64,000 nt of DNA from Candidatus Komeilibacteria bacterium CG11_big_fil_rev_8_21_14_0_20_36_20 (GTDB taxonomy: Bacteria; Patescibacteriota; Patescibacteriia; UBA1558; GWA2-36-10), in assembly GCA_002787405.1 (NCBI GenBank), contig PCWQ01000009.1, positions 132 through 64,131 of the forward strand. Direction: 5' to 3'. A program made the position numbers and the translations under genes. Below the pieces are notes generated by a model. The model was not told the origin of the DNA. It worked only from the letters and a program-made list of their open reading frames with translations, and did not search any database. Numbering within the stretch: the first letter of the stretch is position 1; every line of letters starts with the position of its first letter. Positions 58,825-64,000 of the stretch are shown piece by piece.

Positions 58825-59340
58825 TTAAGGTTCCGTCCTTGGGCGGTGTTTTTCTTTATACCCAAGTTTTTTTCTAAGATTAGCCATATATACTATTTTT
58901 TCCCGGGCTGATTTTTTCAATAAGATTGAGCATTTATCAACGCGAGGACTTAAGACCATTTTTAGCTTTTTATTTTTATAGAGATGTTTAATTAAACAAT
59001 AAAAATCTCCATCGCTGGTTACTATAATCGCCTGGTTATATTTTTTATAATCTATCATTGCTTGTAAAACTAAATCAGCATCAACATTGCCTTTGATGTC
59101 GCCATTCTCATTAGGCAATGTGGGCTTAAAAATTAAGACGTAGCCATCTTTTTGTAGTTTAGAATAAAGGTCTTGATTTTCAGGGATATAGCCGATAAAT
59201 AAGTAGGCGACAGAAACATTGTATTTATCTTTTAAATAAACTCTAAATCTTTTAGAATCTAATTTCCATCCTAAGCTTTGGATTCCTAGATTAAGATTTT
59301 GGCTATCTATAAAAGCAAAATTTTTGGCTAATTTTTTCAT
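58825..59340 (-). CDS. NYN-domain (LabA/DUF88-like) protein
   Basis: NFAFIDSQNL ... VDADLVLQAM ... IIVTSDGDF pattern of NYN/PIN-like nucleases; start chosen at MKKLAKN. Confidence 0.6.
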   Translation of the reverse strand: MKKLAKNFAFIDSQNLNLGIQSLGWKLDSKRFRVYLKDKYNVSVAYLFIGYIPENQDLYSKLQKDGYVLIFKPTLPNENGDIKGNVDADLVLQAMIDYKKYNQAIIVTSDGDFYCLIKHLYKNKKLKMVLSPRVDKCSILLKKSAREKIVYMANLRKKLGYKEKHRPRTEP

Positions 59341-59452
59341 ATTTAAATTAGAGATGATTAACAGCATTAAACCACAAAGTATCTTAAATAGCAAATTGGT
59401 TTATTGACAAATTTTTTATTCATTATATAGTTATAGTATAATCTAAAAAATT

Positions 59453-59704
59453 ATGGCCGAAAAATTAATAGGAAAAGTTATTCATTACTTTGATAAAATC
59501 GGCGTGGCCGTGGTTAAGATTGATAAAGGTAATTTGGCTGTCGGAGATACCATCCATATTTTGCGTGGCGAGCGGGATTTTCAGCAGCAGGTGGAATCTT
59601 TGCAGGTAGAGAAGGAACAGGTTAATAAGATCAAATCTGGTGAAGAAGCTGGTATGAAAGTTGATCAGCCAGTCAAGCCCGGCGACGCTATTTACAAAAT
59701 CTGA
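59453..59704 (+). CDS. small beta-barrel protein, hypothetical (83 aa)
   Basis: ORF; alternating hydrophobic pattern typical of an OB/TRAM-like barrel. Confidence 0.45.
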   Translation: MAEKLIGKVIHYFDKIGVAVVKIDKGNLAVGDTIHILRGERDFQQQVESLQVEKEQVNKIKSGEEAGMKVDQPVKPGDAIYKI

Positions 59705-59794
59705 GATCTTCTAGCACAATTTATTATTTTTTTAAACCTTGAGAGTTTGCTTTATTTGAGTTAAGCTTTTTTTGTTTGTTTAATTTTAAAATAA

Positions 59795-59817
59795 AAAACC
59801 CCTTAGGAAGGGGTTTT
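59795..59817. terminator. bidirectional terminator
   Basis: AAAACCCCTTaggaAGGGGTTTT. Confidence 0.7.
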
Positions 59818-60060
59818 AGCTCCGTTTTTGTATAATCGGTAGCATATACATAATAAGTATATTAGAATCGCCAAGACTATGAAAGGAGGTAGAGCAATAG
59901 CCAATAGTAATCGGAGTGGCCACAAATCAGCAGTGGGATAATAAAGGATTAGGAAATAGAATAACACTAACAATAGCAGATATAGAGCGCCAGATTTTCC
60001 GGGCCAGGATTGATATAATTGTTTTATTTGAGTTCTCCAGAGCATAGGTTTCCTCTCCAT
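59803..60060 (-). CDS. small membrane protein, hypothetical
   Basis: 85 aa, 2 TM; stop codon overlaps the terminator hairpin. Confidence 0.35.
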   Translation of the reverse strand: MERKPMLWRTQIKQLYQSWPGKSGALYLLLLVLFYFLILYYPTADLWPLRLLLAIALPPFIVLAILIYLLCICYRLYKNGAKTPS

Positions 60061-60158
60061 TTAAAAGAACTTTTTTAGCAGCTTAGCAGATAATTGTTTA
60101 TTAGTCCAGAGCTGCTTGGCTAATAATTTAACTTTGCGGTATAATGTTTTTACTTATG

Positions 60159-62150
60159 TCCAGAATTGATTTTTTCAAAGATCTAAATAGAGAGCAGTAT
60201 CAGGTAGCCACTTCTTCCAAAGGGCCTCATTTGGTTTTGGCTGGTGCTGGTTCTGGTAAGACTCGTACCTTGGTTTATCGGGTGGCTTGGCTTTTATCCC
60301 AAAAAGTTCCGCCAGAAAAAATATTATTATTAACCTTTACTAATAAGGCGGCCAACGAAATGATTAGCCGCGTCAGAAGCTTATTGGGAGTTTCTGAACA
60401 AAATAAATTATCATTATGGAGTGGCACTTTTCATTCTATAGCCAATCGGCTATTGCGGATTTATGGAGAACAGTTAGGCGTTAATAAAAACTTTACAATT
60501 ATTGATGCCGACGATAGTAAATCTTTATTAAAAAAAATTAGCAAAGAGTTTTTCAATGAAAGTCATCGTCCTTCAGAAGCGATTGTTTCTGAAACTATCA
60601 GTTTTGCCGTTAATTCTGACATCAGCATTAAAGAAAGTTTGGAAAGAAAATTTTCAGAGTGGCTACCTTTGCTGGAATATTTTGAAAAAATTGCCGCTGA
60701 ATATAAAAAACGGAAGCAGGATAGTAACTTATTAGATTTTGATGATTTATTGTTTTACTGGTGGTGTTTAACTAGGCATCCTAAACTTGGAAAATTATTA
60801 GCTGTCAAATGGGAGTATATTCTCGTTGATGAATATCAGGATACCAATACTTTGCAGGCTAAGATTATTTTTAATTTATCGCAGCAACACCAGAATATTT
60901 TAGTGGTCGGCGATGACGCTCAGAGCATTTATTCATTTCGGGCGGCCGATATCCGTAACATTTTGGATTTTCCAAAAGTTTTCCCGACTTGCCAGATGCA
61001 TAAGCTGGAAACGAACTATCGTTCCACACCGGAGATTGTTAAATTAGCCAATCAGGTTATTGCCGGCAACCAGCATCAGTTTATTAAAAATTTAAAAGCA
61101 GTTCTAGAGAATTATATTCGTCCAGAGTTAGTAGCTTTGCCAAATAATATTGAGGAAGCTCGGTTTATTGTTAATCGGATTGAGGGGTTGTTGGTTGATG
61201 GGCTATTACCTTTTAATATTGCGGTTTTATTTCGAGCTGGTCATAATTCGCAGACTTTGGAAATGGAATTAAATAAGCGCGGCATCGCCTATGAAATGCG
61301 CGGCGGCATTAAATTTTTTGCCCGAGCTCATGTTAAAGATGTAGTTTCTTTTTTAAGAATTTTGAATAATTATCAAGATGAAGTTTCCTGGCAGAGAGTA
61401 TTGCGTTTGTATGAAGGTATTGGTTTAATAATGGCTACTAAAATATATCAAGCAATAGTGAGGTTGAAAGATTTTGAGGATTTACAGAATTTAAAGTTGC
61501 CAATTAGTAATCGAAAAGCCGCTTTAAGCTGGCAACGATGCCAAAGAATTTTGGAGAAACTTTTAGCTCATCAAAAAAGAGATGTTGGCCAGTTGATTGA
61601 TTTGATGATTGAGGATTATGACGGTTATTTAAAAGAAAAATATTCTGATTATCATCAGCGCAGCGATGATTTGGAACAGCTGGCTGTTTTTGCTTCCAAT
61701 TTTAATAACCTGGAGGAATTTTTATCCGAAGTCAGCTTGCAGGAAAGTTTTACTATGAAAGGCCAGGCAAAGGAAAAACCAGAGACAGTGATCCTAAGCA
61801 CTGTCCATCAGGCCAAAGGCCTGGAATGGCCGGCGGTTTTTGTCATGAATCTAACCACTCAATCTTTTCCCCATCCTCTTTGCACCAGCGAAGAAGAAAG
61901 AGAAGAGGAAAGGCGGCTTTTTTATGTGGCCATTACTCGGGCGCAGAAACATTTGTTTTTGACTTATCCTTTGGCTATTTTTAAATATAATGAATATAAA
62001 GAACTACAGCCCTCAGAATTTATTACGGGTTTAGATAGTAATTTATTGAGTTACAATGATTTGGCTCGCAGCGCCACTTATGCGGCTGAAGATGGTATTC
62101 AATATGTGGCTGATTCAGACGGATTTCTGCCCGAGGTTGATAATTGGTAA
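60159..62150 (+). CDS. UvrD/PcrA/Rep-family ATP-dependent DNA helicase
   Basis: Walker A AGAGSGKTRTL; motifs II DEYQDTN and later helicase motifs; TATAAT at 60140-60145 suggests a short leader. Confidence 0.9.
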   Translation, partial: SRIDFFKDLNREQYQVATSSKGPHLVLAGAGSGKTRTLVYRVAWLLSQKVPPEKILLLTFTNKAANEMISRVRSLLGVSEQNKLSLWSGTFHSIANRLLRIYGEQLGVNKNFTIIDADDSKSLLKKISKEFFNESHRPSEAIVSETISFAVNSDISIKESLERKFSEWLPLLEYFEKIAAEYKKRKQDSNLLDFDDLLFYWWCLTRHPKLGKLLAVKWEYILVDEYQDTNTLQAKIIFNLSQQHQNILVVGDDAQSIYSFRAADIRNILDFPKVFPTCQMHKLETNYRSTPEIVKLANQVIAGNQHQFIKNLKAVLENYIRPELVALPNNIEEARFIVNRIEGLLVDGLLPFNIAVLFRAGHNSQTLEMELNKRGIAYEMRGGIKFFARAHVKDVVSFLRILNNYQDEVSWQRVLRLYEGIGLIMATKIYQAIVRLKDFEDLQNLKLPISNRKAALSWQRCQRILEKLLAHQKRDVGQLIDLMIEDYDGYLKEKYSDYHQRSDDLEQLAVFASNFNNLEEFLSEVSLQESFTMKGQAKEKPETVILSTVHQAKGLEWPAVFVMNLTTQSFPHPLCTSEEEREEERRLFYVAITRAQKHLFLTYPLAIFKYNEYKELQPSEFITGLDSNLLSYNDLARSATYAAEDGIQYVADSDGFLPEVDNW

Positions 62151-62265
62151 GATAATAAGTATTTGTTATAATGAAATAGTTAAGATGAAAGCATAAAAAA
62201 AGTAAAAAACAAAAAAGAGATTGAATTTTTTAATGATAATAGAAAATAAAATTATTTAAGTAAAA

Positions 62266-62667
62266 ATGTTATATTTAAAAAATCCTTCCAAAAATCTTAT
62301 TCACAAATTAATAGGATTAATTATAACAACGCTAATTATTCCCTTAGTGATCATTGATGTTTGGACAGAAGTCTATCATCGCACCTGTTTTCCTTTATAT
62401 AAGATGCCTTACGTTAAAAGAAAAAATTATATACGCATTGATCGTCATAAATTAAAATATCTTAATTTTTGGCAAAAAATATATTGTGTTTATTGCGGTT
62501 ATGCCAACGGGTTATTAAGTTATTTAGTGGCTATCGGCGCAAAGACTGAAAAATATTGGTGTGGTATCAAGCATAAAAAAGATAAAAATTTTATTCCTCC
62601 CAAACATCATCAAGATTTTGCAGAATATAATAATCAGGAAGATTTTAACAAAAAATATAAAAATTAA
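62266..62667 (+). CDS. hypothetical membrane-anchored protein with CxxC pairs
   Basis: 133 aa; CVYCGY and WCG. Confidence 0.4.
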   Translation: MLYLKNPSKNLIHKLIGLIITTLIIPLVIIDVWTEVYHRTCFPLYKMPYVKRKNYIRIDRHKLKYLNFWQKIYCVYCGYANGLLSYLVAIGAKTEKYWCGIKHKKDKNFIPPKHHQDFAEYNNQEDFNKKYKN

Positions 62668-62674
62668 GAAAATT

Positions 62675-62992
62675 ATGCCTAAAGAATATTTTAGATCCTT
62701 AATAGCTTGCCCTTCCCAGCTAGAAGCCGAAACAATTTTAGAAGCCTTATTAAAAGATAAATTAATTGCTGGAGGATTAATCTCCGCTGGCCAGTCACGT
62801 CATTGGTGGCAAGGAAAGATTGATCGGGAGGATTATTATAATATTTCTGCTTTTACTATAGCCAAACATAGGGATAAAATTATTAAAATTGTGGAACAGA
62901 TCTCAGCCGATGATACGCCGGGCATAGTTTTTTTCAAAATAGATTATAGCTATCCGAAGTTTTTGGATTGGATAGATGAAAATACAAAATAA
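62675..62992 (+). CDS. cutA: divalent-cation tolerance protein CutA
   Basis: C-terminal YPKFLDWIDENTK and core LIAGGLISAGQS..WWQGKI match CutA1. Confidence 0.75.
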   Translation: MPKEYFRSLIACPSQLEAETILEALLKDKLIAGGLISAGQSRHWWQGKIDREDYYNISAFTIAKHRDKIIKIVEQISADDTPGIVFFKIDYSYPKFLDWIDENTK

Positions 62993-63002
62993 AAATATAA
63001 AA

Positions 63003-63794
63003 ATGCCAGAAAAAAAAGATACTATTGTTTTAGATTTAGAAACCAAAAAAACTTTTGATGAAGTCGGAGGCCAGCATAACAAGCATTTACTAGAGGTTTC
63101 TCTAGTTGGTATCTATTCATATAATCGTAATCAATACCGCGGCTTTAAAGAAGAAGAATTTGATGAATTATTAGAATTATTAAAAAATGCCGAGTTAATT
63201 ATTGGTTTTAATACAATTAGTTTTGATATGCCTGTTTTACAGCCATATTTTAAAGATTTTGATTTATCAACTTTGACTCATTTGGATTTATTGGACGAAA
63301 TTGTTTATGCTTTAGGTCATCGTTTAAAATTAGAAAGTGTTGCTCAAAGCACTTTGGGTTATGGCAAGTCTGGCTCTGGTTTGGATGCCATTAAATATTA
63401 CCGTAATAATGATTGGGATAATTTAATAAAATATTGTCTTGATGATGTTAAAGTCACTAAGGAAATTTACGATTATGGTTTGGCGCACGGTTATATTTGG
63501 TATCAGAATGGCGGTCAGAAAGAAAAGATAATCGCCCGTTGGCACAAGGATGAGGTTACTACCATTGAACAATTGATCAGGCAGGCCTTAAAAAACGGGC
63601 AGCAGCTGGAGGTTGAGTATATTGATGAAAACGGGCAGGGCACCAAACGAGTGATTGATATTCAGCAAATCATGGGCAGTAAAATAAAAGCATTTTGTCA
63701 TTTAAGGGATGCTTTAAGGATTTTTGATGTAGATAAAATAAAAACAGCCAAGATAGTTGGTCGGATGGATAGTTGGCAAAAGACTTTGCTATAG
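63003..63794 (+). CDS. DEDD-type 3'-5' exonuclease (RNase_H-like, YprB-like)
   Basis: Exo I motif IVLDLETKK; later motifs IGFNTISFDMPVL and YCLDDVKVT. Confidence 0.6.
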   Translation: MPEKKDTIVLDLETKKTFDEVGGQHNKHLLEVSLVGIYSYNRNQYRGFKEEEFDELLELLKNAELIIGFNTISFDMPVLQPYFKDFDLSTLTHLDLLDEIVYALGHRLKLESVAQSTLGYGKSGSGLDAIKYYRNNDWDNLIKYCLDDVKVTKEIYDYGLAHGYIWYQNGGQKEKIIARWHKDEVTTIEQLIRQALKNGQQLEVEYIDENGQGTKRVIDIQQIMGSKIKAFCHLRDALRIFDVDKIKTAKIVGRMDSWQKTLL

Positions 63795-63887
63795 TATTTT
63801 GACCCCGTAAAACGGGGCGACCTGTCCGATATGCCAGTCATGGCAGGCGGAGACAAGGCGTTAAAAATTTTGAATAGGCAAAAATAG

Positions 63888-63916
63888 ACCCCAGTGCTTA
63901 GCATTGGGGTTTATTT
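63888..63916 (+). terminator. Rho-independent terminator
   Basis: ACCCCAGTGCttaGCATTGGGGT followed by tttatttat. Confidence 0.75.
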
Positions 63917-63921
63917 ATCTC

Positions 63922-63950
63922 TTGACAAAAAATAAATTTTGTGTTATCTT
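63922..63950 (+). promoter_or_regulatory. candidate promoter TTGACA, 17-nt spacer, TATCTT for a gene beyond the window end
   Basis: Perfect -35 with 17-nt spacing to a 4/6 -10. Confidence 0.35.
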
Positions 63951-64000
63951 TAAATAATTTTGTATCATTGATAATTAGATATATGTCCATAAGTTAAAGG

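Noticed and set aside
60140-60158. Track start codon 60144 for the helicase
   Set aside because: ATG 60144 lies inside a perfect TATAAT (60140-60145). The next in-frame ATG (60159, MSRIDFF) is the more plausible start.
62561-62674. N-terminal 38-aa extension of the cutA ORF in the track (start 62561)
   Set aside because: It overlaps the preceding gene 62266..62667 in another frame and is Lys/Ile-rich low-complexity sequence. CutA homologues start at the MPKEY position (62675).

Overview
This is a 64-kb AT-rich (roughly one-third G+C by eye), gene-dense bacterial chromosomal segment. It uses the standard genetic code: TGA, TAA and TAG all terminate ORFs. By inference it resembles a small-genome Candidate Phyla Radiation / Patescibacteria-type organism: compact housekeeping proteins, housekeeping genes scattered rather than in classical operons, several giant secreted surface proteins, a lone type IV pilus-type ATPase, and a nucleotide-salvage-like operon.

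Recognisable content includes MBL-fold hydrolases, tyrS, a class A PBP, rpsT, holA-polA, a NDT-like/NUDIX/cytidylyltransferase/DUF3850 operon, IMPase plus metallophosphoesterase, tig-hppA-nusA-yraN on the minus strand, a CarS(DUF46)-like protein, a GH5 plus large secreted protein operon, cspA with a long leader, an AsnA-like class-II-aaRS-core protein, tsaD-tsaE-valS, a PilB/GspE-like ATPase, ftsH, rpsA, gyrA, ruvB, a radical-SAM/SPASM protein, queH-queA, ychF, a NYN-domain protein, a uvrD/pcrA-like helicase, cutA and a DEDD exonuclease. There are four tRNAs (Gly-GCC, Leu-UAA, Cys-GCA, Glu-UUC; the three on the plus strand and Cys all carry an encoded CCA) plus one tRNA-like pseudo-copy. I found no rRNA, CRISPR array, transposase, integrase, reverse transcriptase or restriction-modification genes.

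The most unusual signal is a family of short GC-rich hairpin / terminal-inverted-repeat elements, which contain GCGAAGC mini-hairpin motifs. Copies lie in at least five places: 6147-6344, 11868-11923, 33541-33610, 54722-54803, and in frame inside queA at 55562-55581. One of their hairpins (CCCGCGTTGCGGG) also replaces the T-arm of a duplicated tRNA-Gly 5' half.
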